From the IMG/VR virus record IMGVR_UViG_3300042197_001803, positions 31,858 through 95,857 of that record: 64,000 nt of DNA; one strand, 5' to 3'. The stretch comes from an uncultured virus (IMG/VR IMGVR_UViG_3300042197_001803). Lineage: Duplodnaviria; Heunggongvirae; Uroviricota; Caudoviricetes. Positions 19,635 through 29,445 of this stretch are shown here, in pieces; positions within the stretch are counted from its first letter, which is position 1; each line of letters opens with the position of its first letter. The position numbers and the translations under genes are program-made. The notes under the pieces are model-generated. The model did no database searches, had not been told where the DNA came from, and worked only from the letters and a program-made list of their open reading frames with translations.

Positions 19635-21257
19635 TTATTGTGTTTTTTGATTGTAACCCATTAATGATTTCATTCTACCAAATTCCTCATTAATTTTTTG
19701 AGCTTTTTTAGGGTCAATAGATTCTAACTTAGTCATAATTTTATCACCCTCATCCTCACCTGTCTTATCGTTAACAATAGGTTGTGGTGCTTTATTGTAT
19801 GCCTTTCTTTTAATCTTAGCTAACAAATTATCTTTTCTAATTTTATTTCTTTTTTTGTTAACATCAGACTTACCTGTGTTTGCCCACTCAGGATTATTAC
19901 CTGTTCTTGAAGAACCTTCAATATTGTCTGTTACCCAATCTTCATTAGGACTTATTCCGTCATAATCCAAATTCTCTAAACCAGCTGCGGTAAAATTATC
20001 AATATAATCTTGAACAGCTCCTGATGGTACATAAGCCTTTTTACTCATTTTTGCTAGCTCTCCGTTTCCTTTTGGAAAGAAGTCGGGATTCTCTTTGTAT
20101 TCACCTTTAGAACCATCTTTAAGATATTCTTTCATTTTTTTAGCGGTGGCCTTTAAAGCATCACTATTTTCTTTACCATCTTTAGCATGAATTTGTTTAT
20201 ATTTTTCTAAACCTTTAGCAGTTCCTAATTTTATATTAGATTTCTGTTCTTCCATAATAATTTTTTCAATTAATTTAATCATTTCAGATTCTTTAAGTTT
20301 AACTGATTTTTTCTTGTGTTCAGAACCCGCATACCCTTTAATATTTTTAGCAAAGTTCGCCATTTTAACCACTGATGGATTATCAGATTTCATAGCTTTA
20401 TCTATACATTTTTTAGTTACTTCACCTTCTTCAGATGCTAAACCATTTCTTTTACACCAAGAACCAAATTTACCTTCAGTTCCTTTCTTCTCAATTTTTT
20501 CAGTAGCTTTTTGTATGAATTTTTTACCTTCTCCTAAATTTGAAGTGTCTTTATATTTTTTACCACCTAACTCAAAAGTACCACCTTTAGGGGTTTGTTT
20601 TAATTTAGCGGTAAAAGCATTACCTTCCTCAGTTTCACCTTCTTCAGAAACCATTTCACCAGCTCTAAATCCTGCAGGTGTTCTGAAATTAGGGTCGTTA
20701 ATATTCTTACCTTTACTCTTCATACTTCTAAGTTTTTTAAAATCAGCACCTGTGATTTTACCTTTTGGTTCTGCAACGTCAATTTTGTGTTGTTTTCCGT
20801 GAAGTTCTTCGCTCATTTCTAACTTTTTATGATATCTACAAGCCTCTTCATTGTATTCTTCAGAATCTTTAGAACAAAATCTGTTAACCCTATCTAATGG
20901 GTCACCATCATCATCCGCTGACGTTATTTCTAAATTATCTTCCATAGATATTTCTTCTTTATCTTCAGCAACATAATCAAATTCTGTAGATGCGTTTTTT
21001 AAATAACCTATTTCTTCTTCATACATTCTGTTAGACCCACACTGTTCACAAGTTTCACCTTCTTTCATTTCACCACCACATTGTTCACATGTTTCCATTT
21101 TTTCGTTAACTTCAGATGACATCATTTCGTCAACTTCTTCATCGGTTGGGATTTTATTTTTTATCTTGGAAACTAATTTATTGGCTTTTTCCTCCAAAGT
21201 TTCATTAATAACCTTATTTATTAAACTATCTATGTAAGTTTGATTTAATTTTTTCAT
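19635..21257 (-). CDS. Modular K/E-rich putative internal head protein
   Basis: 540 aa; CxxC pairs; small modules separated by E-rich linkers; TATTTATA upstream. Confidence 0.55.
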   Translation of the reverse strand: MKKLNQTYIDSLINKVINETLEEKANKLVSKIKNKIPTDEEVDEMMSSEVNEKMETCEQCGGEMKEGETCEQCGSNRMYEEEIGYLKNASTEFDYVAEDKEEISMEDNLEITSADDDGDPLDRVNRFCSKDSEEYNEEACRYHKKLEMSEELHGKQHKIDVAEPKGKITGADFKKLRSMKSKGKNINDPNFRTPAGFRAGEMVSEEGETEEGNAFTAKLKQTPKGGTFELGGKKYKDTSNLGEGKKFIQKATEKIEKKGTEGKFGSWCKRNGLASEEGEVTKKCIDKAMKSDNPSVVKMANFAKNIKGYAGSEHKKKSVKLKESEMIKLIEKIIMEEQKSNIKLGTAKGLEKYKQIHAKDGKENSDALKATAKKMKEYLKDGSKGEYKENPDFFPKGNGELAKMSKKAYVPSGAVQDYIDNFTAAGLENLDYDGISPNEDWVTDNIEGSSRTGNNPEWANTGKSDVNKKRNKIRKDNLLAKIKRKAYNKAPQPIVNDKTGEDEGDKIMTKLESIDPKKAQKINEEFGRMKSLMGYNQKTQ

Positions 21258-21293
21258 TTTACTTTTTTATTATAAATATCAATTATTTTCAGT

Positions 21294-22361
21294 TTATTTT
21301 GAGTTTTTGTTTTTTTCATATTCATAAGCTAAAATTGTTTTAATCACATTTTCACTTATATTATGTTCTTTACTTACTTTTGATATTACCTTCTTAAGTG
21401 TCTCGTTTTCAAAAATATTTAAAGCTTTAATATCACCTTGGTTACAATATGGAAATGTCTTACATTTCTTTTTAACCTGAACAAATTTGCCTCCAGGTAT
21501 TTGTGGTTTTGAAGCCCCTCTAAAATCTTTTTTGTTCATTGATTTAGCCCACATTTTAGGTGTTGAATATTGACCAGCAGAGGATGAGCTAGTCGCTTCT
21601 TTAGCTTCAATTTTTTGTAATTTATCGTAATACTTTGGGTCTTCAAATAAATGGTCCATCGCGATTTCTTTAGCCTTACCTCTATCGTCAGTATGTTCCA
21701 TTTCAACCTTAATACCTTTGTTGAGTTGTTTTTTTAATTCTTTTTCAACCAACCCAATATCTTTACCTTTTTGTTTGTTTTTATTAACAAGGTCTTCAAA
21801 AGTTTTGTTATCCGCTTTACCACCTTTTAGTTTTTCCTCAGACATTTGTTTTTTCTTTCTACCTTGACAATGAGCCCTTTGCGAAAAACCTTTTGGGTTT
21901 TTACAATCAATACTTTTTTTATATTTTTCTGACCACTTTTCTTCTACCTCTTCCGATTCATAAACAAAACCACCTTTAACTTTTTTCTTTGGTTGTTCAT
22001 CTTTAAACATACTATCAAGTCTTTTAGGTTCAGTGGTAAATAAAGGTTGACTATATCCACCAGCTGACCCCGCACCTGTAGCCTCGGTTGTTTCTCCATC
22101 TTCACCCATAATAGGTTTCATAGATGTTAATTTACCAATAGGTTTTTTAATTTTCTTTTTACCAGTTAAATCACTTACTTTCATGGTTTTAATAGGTCTT
22201 CTAATTATTTGTTCGTTACTTTCGTCTTCATTAGTAGGGACAGCATTAATGAACTGATTAACCGACATAGCACCTTCGGGTCCTTGGATAACGTTCATAT
22301 CGCTAGCGGTCTTTCCGATTGCGGTTTTTAAATTTCCTGATAAGTTTAAGTTTTTAAGCAT
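21294..22361 (-). CDS. Modular protein with DUF5661-like domain
   Basis: LKGGKAD...QL.KGIKVEMEHT.D...A.EIAMDHL.EDPKYYDKL; repeated EATxxxSAGxYxxP. Confidence 0.65.
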   Translation of the reverse strand: MLKNLNLSGNLKTAIGKTASDMNVIQGPEGAMSVNQFINAVPTNEDESNEQIIRRPIKTMKVSDLTGKKKIKKPIGKLTSMKPIMGEDGETTEATGAGSAGGYSQPLFTTEPKRLDSMFKDEQPKKKVKGGFVYESEEVEEKWSEKYKKSIDCKNPKGFSQRAHCQGRKKKQMSEEKLKGGKADNKTFEDLVNKNKQKGKDIGLVEKELKKQLNKGIKVEMEHTDDRGKAKEIAMDHLFEDPKYYDKLQKIEAKEATSSSSAGQYSTPKMWAKSMNKKDFRGASKPQIPGGKFVQVKKKCKTFPYCNQGDIKALNIFENETLKKVISKVSKEHNISENVIKTILAYEYEKNKNSK

Positions 22362-22599
22362 TTTTTAATCTAGGTTCCCAATAACTTCTTTGAGTCCACA
22401 TAAAATTGTAAAACTCTCTGAATATTTTTATGGTGATATCTTTAACATCACCTTTTAATTTACCTCTTTTAATTTCTTGAGCAACTAAATCAATCATTTT
22501 GTCTTCGTGTTGACGCAAAGTACTAGAACCAAGAAAATCTTTAATTTCTTTTCTAATCATTGTTTCAATTTCTCTTTTTTCAGTTTGAGTTAGAGCCAT
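22354..22599 (-). CDS. Hypothetical protein
   Basis: 81 aa ORF coupled to neighbours. Confidence 0.65.
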   Translation of the reverse strand: MALTQTEKREIETMIRKEIKDFLGSSTLRQHEDKMIDLVAQEIKRGKLKGDVKDITIKIFREFYNFMWTQRSYWEPRLKNA

Positions 22600-23027
22600 A
22601 TTCCAATCAATATTGAGGTTGATATTATTCCAATAACCGAACCTATCTTATAAAAGATACCTTCGGTTTTTCTTCTTTTAATTTCTTTTTTTAAATTATC
22701 TGTTAATTCTTTAGAAATCTTTAGTTGTTCGTCTTTTAAAACTATAATACATTGATTATTTGTGTCTTTAATAGTCAATAGTTGTATAATACTATCTTTA
22801 ACTTCTTCTCTACTTTCAATTAGGGATATTTTTTCTTGGTATAATTTAACTTCTTCTTCACACCCATCCAACTTTATTAAATCTTTAACAACCTCTTTAG
22901 CGGTTTCCTTACTAAGAATAACTTTAGTTGTGTCGGTTAATTTAACTTTATTTTTTACCGTATCTATTTGTGAAAAACAATTCAAGGTCATTAACGCCAA
23001 AATTGTCAACATTACGAATTTTTTCAT
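22590..23027 (-). CDS. Signal peptide + coiled coil + C-terminal TM protein (spanin candidate)
   Basis: MKKFVMLTILALMTLNC-FSQ signal; C-terminal IGSVIGIISTSILIGIWL. Confidence 0.5.
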   Translation of the reverse strand: MKKFVMLTILALMTLNCFSQIDTVKNKVKLTDTTKVILSKETAKEVVKDLIKLDGCEEEVKLYQEKISLIESREEVKDSIIQLLTIKDTNNQCIIVLKDEQLKISKELTDNLKKEIKRRKTEGIFYKIGSVIGIISTSILIGIWL

Positions 23028-23289
23028 CAGTATTTCTTTTAATTATGTTAATAGTTTTATCAACTTTTTCTATTTTATTTGTTATATTAGATATATCACC
23101 ATTTAATGTTATTATCTTATTATTAATTTCGGTGTTAATTTTACTAATAGAATCCACGTTAGTTTGTAATGATTTTATTTTGTCTTCATACTTTTTAACA
23201 TCGGTTTTAATAGTATTAACACTAATTAAATTAATAATTAATAAAATTGCTATAACAGATAATAAAACAAATTCTTTAGTGATTTTCAT
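22948..23289 (-). CDS. N-terminal TM + coiled-coil protein (i-spanin-like)
   Basis: Type II membrane topology with heptad pattern; overlaps the next gene. Confidence 0.5.
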   Translation of the reverse strand: MKITKEFVLLSVIAILLIINLISVNTIKTDVKKYEDKIKSLQTNVDSISKINTEINNKIITLNGDISNITNKIEKVDKTINIIKRNTDEKIRNVDNFGVNDLELFFTNRYGKK

Positions 23290-23290
23290 A

Positions 23291-23899
23291 TTATTCTACG
23301 TCTTTAGTTTTCTTTCTCGATGCTAATATTTTAGCCCATTTAGATTTAAATTTTTCGTAATATGTTTTTAGTTTTTCAATCAGTTCCAAAAAATTCTCAT
23401 CTGTTTTAATCATATCACCATTGATATATATACCATTCTCTTCTCCAATTGAAAAGAAGAATTCTAAATCAAACTCGATTAATTTACCTGACCACTCAAC
23501 ATTTTGTGGAAACACATTTAAACTATTGAAATCTACTAAATCAGAAACTTCATTGACAAACTCTTCCATTGTCTCTTGGAAAGCAACTTTTTCATCAGTA
23601 GTTAGTTCAACATCTTTTTTGTCTTTACCATTTAACACTAAAATACCGCCAGATATTCTATAACCTTGTTTTTTATCTTTACTTGGGTCTGTTTGGTCTT
23701 CAATTGTATCTTCAACCGATTTAGTTATATTAATTTTTTTAGTCACATTGTCGTCAGTCAAATCAACACCTTGTTCAGTTATAATTCCGTATTTACTACG
23801 AATTCTTTCATAATCCTCATTAAGATTATTATTACTTAACATCTCTCTAGATGCTCTTAATAATTGTTTTATTTCATCATGTGTATTCTTCATTTTCAA
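23291..23899 (-). CDS. Hypothetical protein (possible head cargo)
   Basis: 202 aa; LNE and ITE motifs in the N-terminal region. Confidence 0.6.
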   Translation of the reverse strand: MKMKNTHDEIKQLLRASREMLSNNNLNEDYERIRSKYGIITEQGVDLTDDNVTKKINITKSVEDTIEDQTDPSKDKKQGYRISGGILVLNGKDKKDVELTTDEKVAFQETMEEFVNEVSDLVDFNSLNVFPQNVEWSGKLIEFDLEFFFSIGEENGIYINGDMIKTDENFLELIEKLKTYYEKFKSKWAKILASRKKTKDVE

Positions 23900-24482
23900 G
23901 TTTCTTTAAAAAGTATTCAAAATTAAATGATGGGTTAATGTCTGTATACATAATATCATAATTACTTCTACTAACAACACCTTCATATTTTTCAATTCCA
24001 TTTATTTTAGTATTGTGCCCAATAAATTGTGGTTTTATTGACATTTCTGAGAATATTTTCTTACACAATTCAATTGTTTTTTCGGTTTGAATTTCTGTGT
24101 AAGGTTCCCAAAAAAAGTAATCTCTCCACTTTTTTTCGTACACTTTACCTTTATAAATATCACCAATCCAATTAATGTAATAATCTTTTAGGGGTTCTTT
24201 ATTTAACCAACCCAAATTTTCTAAAGAAATAATAATACCGTTCCTGTTTATATTTGGAGAGTCGAATATATTTGAGTGTTCAATGTTGTTTAACAACTGA
24301 ATTATGTCACCATTTCTGGTAATAATATAATTTGGGATTTTGTTGTAGTTACCGTTAAATCGGTACGTTAAAGAATTTATATAACTATCGTACTCTCTAC
24401 CAGTATGAATTAAAATTATCTGATTTTTTTTCTTTTGTTTGCCACTTGGACTAAACTTGTTATTTTTTACTATATCTAACAT
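23877..24482 (-). CDS. N-acetylmuramoyl-L-alanine amidase (Amidase_2)-like, possibly inactive
   Basis: QIILIHTG, NYIITRNGDIIQL, NRNGIIISLEN, YTEIQ....IELC, D.NP.F pattern. Confidence 0.7.
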   Translation of the reverse strand: MLDIVKNNKFSPSGKQKKKNQIILIHTGREYDSYINSLTYRFNGNYNKIPNYIITRNGDIIQLLNNIEHSNIFDSPNINRNGIIISLENLGWLNKEPLKDYYINWIGDIYKGKVYEKKWRDYFFWEPYTEIQTEKTIELCKKIFSEMSIKPQFIGHNTKINGIEKYEGVVSRSNYDIMYTDINPSFNFEYFLKKLENEEYT

Positions 24483-24503
24483 TAACCATAGTGGTTCAGT
24501 AGT

Positions 24504-25289
24504 TTATTTTACATAACTTAATCTCTTAATCCCATCATCTGTAGTGGTGGTTGTTGTGGTATCGACAGTATGTCCATTTTCATCATACATTTCACCAATT
24601 TCATTCACATAATATTTAACAGGTACCTCAACTATTTTTTCAACTTCCTTGATGACTTCAATTGGTTTTTCAACTTCTTTAATAACTTCAACAGGAACCT
24701 CGACTATTTTTTCAACTTCTTTAATAACTTCAACAGGAACCTCGACTATTTTTTCAACTTCTTTAATAACTTCAACAGGAACCTCGACTATTTTTTCAAC
24801 TTCTTTAACTTCAATGTTATTTTCATTATTGTCTTTATATTTTATAAAGAAATGTAAAGAAGTTAATGATATGATAGGTAGTAAACCTCCTTCTAAAAAT
24901 GCCAACCATCTTTTTAATGAAATAATATCACCTACATCTGAACCTAAACTTTCCCACACAGGTAATGTTAACTCAACCCAAGCTTTGAATAACTCACCAT
25001 TAGCGTCTATTTCTTTATAGGAGTAAAAGATATTACCTATCATTTGAATAAATGTGACTAATCCAAACATAAACCAAACCCCACCTTTTATTTTATTAGT
25101 GGCGGCAACCAAAGCGGTCATAGCCCCAACCTCAATAGCGATAGATAAGTATATGGCCCAGTTAATTGGGTTTGCGATATCATACCACGAAACTACGTGT
25201 GATATTGAAATACCCGCAACGAGAACAATAGGGACTAAAAACATAGCCCTATTAGGATTATTTTTTATCCACTCAATAATTCTCTTCAT
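24504..25289 (-). CDS. Multi-TM membrane protein with EKIVEVP repeats
   Basis: About four TM helices followed by VEVIKEVEKIVEVP tandem repeats. Confidence 0.7.
   Translation of the reverse strand: MKRIIEWIKNNPNRAMFLVPIVLVAGISISHVVSWYDIANPINWAIYLSIAIEVGAMTALVAATNKIKGGVWFMFGLVTFIQMIGNIFYSYKEIDANGELFKAWVELTLPVWESLGSDVGDIISLKRWLAFLEGGLLPIISLTSLHFFIKYKDNNENNIEVKEVEKIVEVPVEVIKEVEKIVEVPVEVIKEVEKIVEVPVEVIKEVEKPIEVIKEVEKIVEVPVKYYVNEIGEMYDENGHTVDTTTTTTTDDGIKRLSYVK
24619..24812. repeat. 42-bp coding tandem repeat (about 4 copies)
   Basis: Unit acaggaacctcgactattttttcaacttctttaataacttca repeated near-perfectly. Confidence 0.85.
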
Positions 25290-25579
25290 TATTTTTGTAG
25301 TTCTGAAATTTCTTTATCAATTTCTGTTTGACGATTAACATCTAACATTTTTCTGTCAGTGGCCTGAATCATCCTTTTTTCGGATTTTAAACCTTCAATT
25401 TTAATTTCTCTTCTTAATTGAATCGATAATGAGTCGACACTTTTATCAACTGATTTAACTTCTTTCGTGATTTTATCTACTCTACCATTGGTTGAGCATG
25501 TCTTCAAAAAGATGATTAAAACTAAAATTGTTGTAATTCTAACACCCCATGTGTCAATAAAATTTAAAATATTTTTCAT
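25289..25579 (-). CDS. Membrane-anchored coiled-coil protein
   Basis: TM ITTILVLIIFLKTC followed by a coiled coil. Confidence 0.6.
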   Translation of the reverse strand: MKNILNFIDTWGVRITTILVLIIFLKTCSTNGRVDKITKEVKSVDKSVDSLSIQLRREIKIEGLKSEKRMIQATDRKMLDVNRQTEIDKEISELQK

Positions 25580-25606
25580 AGTTATATTTTTTTATTTAAT
25601 AAAAGT

Positions 25607-25640
25607 AAAAAACCTTCTACTATAATAAATAGAAGGTTTT
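25607..25640 (-). terminator. Terminator hairpin after sigma gene; loop contains TATTTAT motif
   Basis: AAAACCTTCTA-N10-TAGAAGGTTTT. Confidence 0.6.
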
Positions 25641-25648
25641 CACCATTT

Positions 25649-26449
25649 TTACATATAGTCAAATAATATTGAGCTATCGTTTCGTAATTTTCTTAAAGCC
25701 TTTTCCTTAATCTGTCTAACCCTTTCTTTGGTTAAATTAAAATCACCACCAATATCCTCTAAAGTTCTTGGTGTTCCTGTCAACCCAAAATAGTCCTCAA
25801 TTATACATTTTTCTCGGTCATCCAAAGAAGATAATAACCTCATCAAATTTTGTTTTAATAAATCTGTTGTATTGAATGACGCATCGGGCATTTCCGCGTC
25901 AGGGTTTTTAACAACATCAATAAGTGTATCACCATCTTCGTTAATTTTCATGTCTAAATCAACAATGGATGGGAGACTTTGATATTTTTTATCCAAGGTA
26001 CCACCATTACTTTCAACCTCTTTTTTAGCTCTATGCAAATCCTGAACCACATTTACAGGTAGTCTTATGGTTCTTGCGTTATCATTAAGTGACTGTAATA
26101 TTGATTGTTTAACCCACCAAACAGCATATGAAATAAATCTAAGGTTCTTACTCCAATCAAAATTTTGAATCGCCTTCATTAAACCTAAATTACCTTCAGC
26201 AACCAAATCAGGAAAATCAAGACCTTGATTTTGATATTGTTTTGCAACAGTAATAACAAACCTCAAATTACCTTCAAGTAACTCCTTATTAATCTTATCT
26301 CTATCCGAATCAGTAAGGTTACCAGAATTAATTAATTTGGCCAATTCTCTCTCCCTTTCAGGTGTCATGACCTTAATCTTACGAATGTCCTTTAGGTAGT
26401 ACTGAATTTCTTCTTGGTTGATAGGAATTGTTGAATTTTTTTCTTTCAT
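25649..26449 (-). CDS. Sigma-70 family RNA polymerase sigma factor (RpoD-like, lacking region 1.1)
   Basis: NLRFVITVAKQYQNQGL...DLVAEGNLGLMKA...FISYAVWWVKQSI; region 4 TLEDIG..FNLTKERVRQIKEKALRKLR. Confidence 0.93.
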   Translation of the reverse strand: MKEKNSTIPINQEEIQYYLKDIRKIKVMTPERERELAKLINSGNLTDSDRDKINKELLEGNLRFVITVAKQYQNQGLDFPDLVAEGNLGLMKAIQNFDWSKNLRFISYAVWWVKQSILQSLNDNARTIRLPVNVVQDLHRAKKEVESNGGTLDKKYQSLPSIVDLDMKINEDGDTLIDVVKNPDAEMPDASFNTTDLLKQNLMRLLSSLDDREKCIIEDYFGLTGTPRTLEDIGGDFNLTKERVRQIKEKALRKLRNDSSILFDYM

Positions 26450-26457
26450 ATATTTAA

Positions 26458-27012
26458 TTAAATTGTTTTTGAGTATTTTTCTAAAATTTGTTTTTCGATA
26501 TCGGTTAGCGAAGATAAGCCTTTTTCTGATATTTTATCTAAAATATCATCAATAGTTGGTTCTTTTTTCTTAGTTTTTAAATTTGTTAATTCAAAATCAT
26601 CATCAACCTCATCTTCCTCGTTCAACAACTTAATAAACTCAAATTCGCTAATTCTATCGTCAACATCGTTTATCGATTCTTGTGCCTCAATCTTAAGACC
26701 TGACATAGTTTCACTATTATCAATATCAAATAGATGTTCGTAAATACCTTTAGTCAAACTTACTGACAATTTGTCATGGTTATAAGGTACCAAAACATGG
26801 ACAATATTTGAACCTGAAAATATAATACCTAAAAACTCTTTAATGTCATCAAACGTTTCGACAGAGCTAAATGTGAATATTGCCGACGATTGTCCGTAAT
26901 AAAATTTTATATTTTTAGAGTTAGCTATAACCGAGACTTCATTAGCAACACTTTCAATAAATTTATCTTGTTCTTTGTGTTCCCCAAAAAGGAACATAAT
27001 GTAATCACTCAT
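26458..27012 (-). CDS. Hypothetical protein with C-terminal IDDILDKISEKG.SSLT..EK..L motif
   Basis: The C-terminal motif resembles DUF6576-like tails found in Bacteroidota proteins. Confidence 0.55.
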   Translation of the reverse strand: MSDYIMFLFGEHKEQDKFIESVANEVSVIANSKNIKFYYGQSSAIFTFSSVETFDDIKEFLGIIFSGSNIVHVLVPYNHDKLSVSLTKGIYEHLFDIDNSETMSGLKIEAQESINDVDDRISEFEFIKLLNEEDEVDDDFELTNLKTKKKEPTIDDILDKISEKGLSSLTDIEKQILEKYSKTI

Positions 27013-27033
27013 ACTGTTTAAGTTATTGTCTTA

Positions 27034-27065
27034 CAAAATTACATCAAAATTATTGAATAACCAAA
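27034..27065 (-). promoter_or_regulatory. Bacteroidota-type sigma-A promoter driving 27012 gene and sigma factor
   Basis: Minus strand TTTG (27065-27062), 20-nt spacer, TAATTTTG (27041-27034). Confidence 0.7.
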
Positions 27066-29435
27066 TTATTGAGAGACAAAACTAATATTGTCTTCTTTTC
27101 TAATTTTAATAATGTTATCCGCCCAATTATTAACCAATGGATTGTGGGTGATTACAAATATCTTTTCAAAATATTCTTTTATTTTGCTAAAGAATTCAGA
27201 AACCATGTCAAGATTATCATTAGATATCTTACCAAAAACTTCATCGAATACAACTATATTTGGTTTAGGTAATGAACATATTTTACTTAATACCGCTCTT
27301 AAAGCTAAAGAAGCTATAGTTCTTTCATATCCTGAACCTGATGACATTAACTTTTCTATCTGAGTGTTGTTATCAATCATAATAAATTCAACCTCATTTT
27401 TATCGTTAATTCTAATTTCAAGTCTGAAGTGAGAACTGTCCTCAAGAAGTCTTTGTAATTCAGAATTAATTAATGGCATCATTGTTTTCATAATCATTTT
27501 TGAAATCCCATTTTTACCAAAAATTTCTAAATATATTTTAAATATTTTTTCTTTTTCCGCCTCTTCTTCTATCTTAATAATTGTTTCTTTATTTTCTTTA
27601 ATTTTGGTAGTTAAAGTTTTTATTTGATATTCAAGATTATCAATGTTTCTTTGAGTCTGTGTTTTTTCCCTATCAAGTTCATCTAATCTTAAACCAGCTT
27701 TAATTATTAGACCGTCTGTTTTGTTGTTTTCAGCAATCTTATCCTGAACTTCATTATACCTATCTAATTTAAGATTTAAAGCTTGAATTTTAAGATTGAT
27801 ACTTTCAATACTTACTTCATACTTTTCTTTGATAAGTTTGTTTTTCTCGTACTCATCGAATTCTTTCTTAAGTTTTACGAAACCTTGTTCTTTGCTGTTT
27901 AAATCCTGCATTAACTTAGTTTTTTGGTCTTTATGCACGATAAACCCATCAAGTTCGGCTATTTTAGAGTTAGTTATTGCCGCGTTCATTAACTCAATAC
28001 CACAATGTTCACATTTGATTCCACCCTCAACAGAAGACTTTAAAGTATTGATATCGGATATTTGCGTATCAATACGTATCAAATCTTTATAAACCTCAGC
28101 AACTTCTTCTTTAACCAAATCATGTTCATCTTCGTGATAATAAGATGAAGGTTCAATAACTTTAACATCTTGTAATTGTTTTTCAACTTTAACCCTATCG
28201 TTTATAAAGTTATTAATTTCTTCTTGAACTTTGTTAGGTGAAATTAAACTAATGTCTTTATCAATGGTATGTTTACTTTTTAATAAATTATCTCGGTATT
28301 CATTACCTATTGTTATTTTACCTAATATTTCTTTTAAAGATTCTTTTGAATTATCTATGTCAATATTATATTCACCAATTTTAATTGCGTATTCTTCATT
28401 ATCTGTTTTTAATTTTTCACTACTATAAACATTAGATAACATTGATTTAGAAAATTGACTATATATTTCCTTTGCAACATCTTCTTTTCTTTTAAGAAAA
28501 TCTAAACCCATAAATCGTGATAATACCTGACCTCTAGCGGTTGGTTTAGAATCTATTAGTTCTTCTAAGTTAGTTGCGGTTGTTAAAATTGTCATTAAAA
28601 AATCGTCTTTTGAGCCAATTGAAGTTTTAATGAACGCTTCTGTTTCTCTCCTTTGTTCACCAGTAAAATTTTGTAAACTACCATCTGATAGTTTTTTAAA
28701 AAAATCTAATTCGGTTTTAACATTCCAATCACCTGATTTAGATTTTTTTCTCTCAATATTTCGGATAATTATATATTCATCCCCATCGATAATAATTTCA
28801 CCTTTAACATGAACTTTATCTCGATTGGTAAACCTATTAAATACTTCTTCAGCTTTACTTGTTTTAGTGGTTTCATTAAAGAAAAGAAATAATAATAAAT
28901 CAACGGTTAATACAGTTTTACCACCAAAATTAGGCGGATTAGATTCAACAACATTAATACCATTACACTTATCAAAATCTAATTTTTGGTTCTCACCGTA
29001 GGATAAGAAATTTGAAAACTCTATATTTTTAATATACCATCTCTTAAACGGTGCCACATCGCTACTAGTTGCCGCCAATTGATTATCAACTACCGAATTT
29101 AATTCAACTATTTTATCGGTTAAACTTTCATCGTACTTAGTCTTAAGGTAAGTTTTAATTAAATCAAGTTGGTAATTTTCATCAAGAATGTTAAATGAGA
29201 TGTCAACATTATTTTCAACCTCTTCAGTAATTTTAGTTTTGGTAATAACATTAACATTATTAGTTACATACTTTTTTTGAAAGTAGTGTCTTACGCTTTT
29301 TATTTTTTCTTGTGTAAAATTTTCAGCATAATCTTCCCATATTACCTGAATATAGGGATTATCTAAATTTTCGATATTAATATCTTTTATCATTATTTTA
29401 TAATTAAATTCTACATGTGGATTAAATAAATCCAT
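27066..29435 (-). CDS. sbcC: SbcC/Rad50 (gp46-like) SMC ATPase
   Basis: NFLSYG, Walker A GGKT, CEHCG zinc hook, SGYE signature, VVFDEVF Walker B, ITHN. Confidence 0.92.
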   Translation of the reverse strand: MDLFNPHVEFNYKIMIKDINIENLDNPYIQVIWEDYAENFTQEKIKSVRHYFQKKYVTNNVNVITKTKITEEVENNVDISFNILDENYQLDLIKTYLKTKYDESLTDKIVELNSVVDNQLAATSSDVAPFKRWYIKNIEFSNFLSYGENQKLDFDKCNGINVVESNPPNFGGKTVLTVDLLLFLFFNETTKTSKAEEVFNRFTNRDKVHVKGEIIIDGDEYIIIRNIERKKSKSGDWNVKTELDFFKKLSDGSLQNFTGEQRRETEAFIKTSIGSKDDFLMTILTTATNLEELIDSKPTARGQVLSRFMGLDFLKRKEDVAKEIYSQFSKSMLSNVYSSEKLKTDNEEYAIKIGEYNIDIDNSKESLKEILGKITIGNEYRDNLLKSKHTIDKDISLISPNKVQEEINNFINDRVKVEKQLQDVKVIEPSSYYHEDEHDLVKEEVAEVYKDLIRIDTQISDINTLKSSVEGGIKCEHCGIELMNAAITNSKIAELDGFIVHKDQKTKLMQDLNSKEQGFVKLKKEFDEYEKNKLIKEKYEVSIESINLKIQALNLKLDRYNEVQDKIAENNKTDGLIIKAGLRLDELDREKTQTQRNIDNLEYQIKTLTTKIKENKETIIKIEEEAEKEKIFKIYLEIFGKNGISKMIMKTMMPLINSELQRLLEDSSHFRLEIRINDKNEVEFIMIDNNTQIEKLMSSGSGYERTIASLALRAVLSKICSLPKPNIVVFDEVFGKISNDNLDMVSEFFSKIKEYFEKIFVITHNPLVNNWADNIIKIRKEDNISFVSQ

Positions 29436-29445
29436 TTTTTAGTAA

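Noticed and set aside
24619-24812. Possible CRISPR array
   Set aside because: The repeats are contiguous with no spacers and stay in frame within a CDS. The exonuclease at 32139 has no cas context.
24570-25338. Plus-strand repeat ORFs (FFNFFNN, TSTGTST)
   Set aside because: They are antisense or alternative frames of the 42-bp coding repeat.
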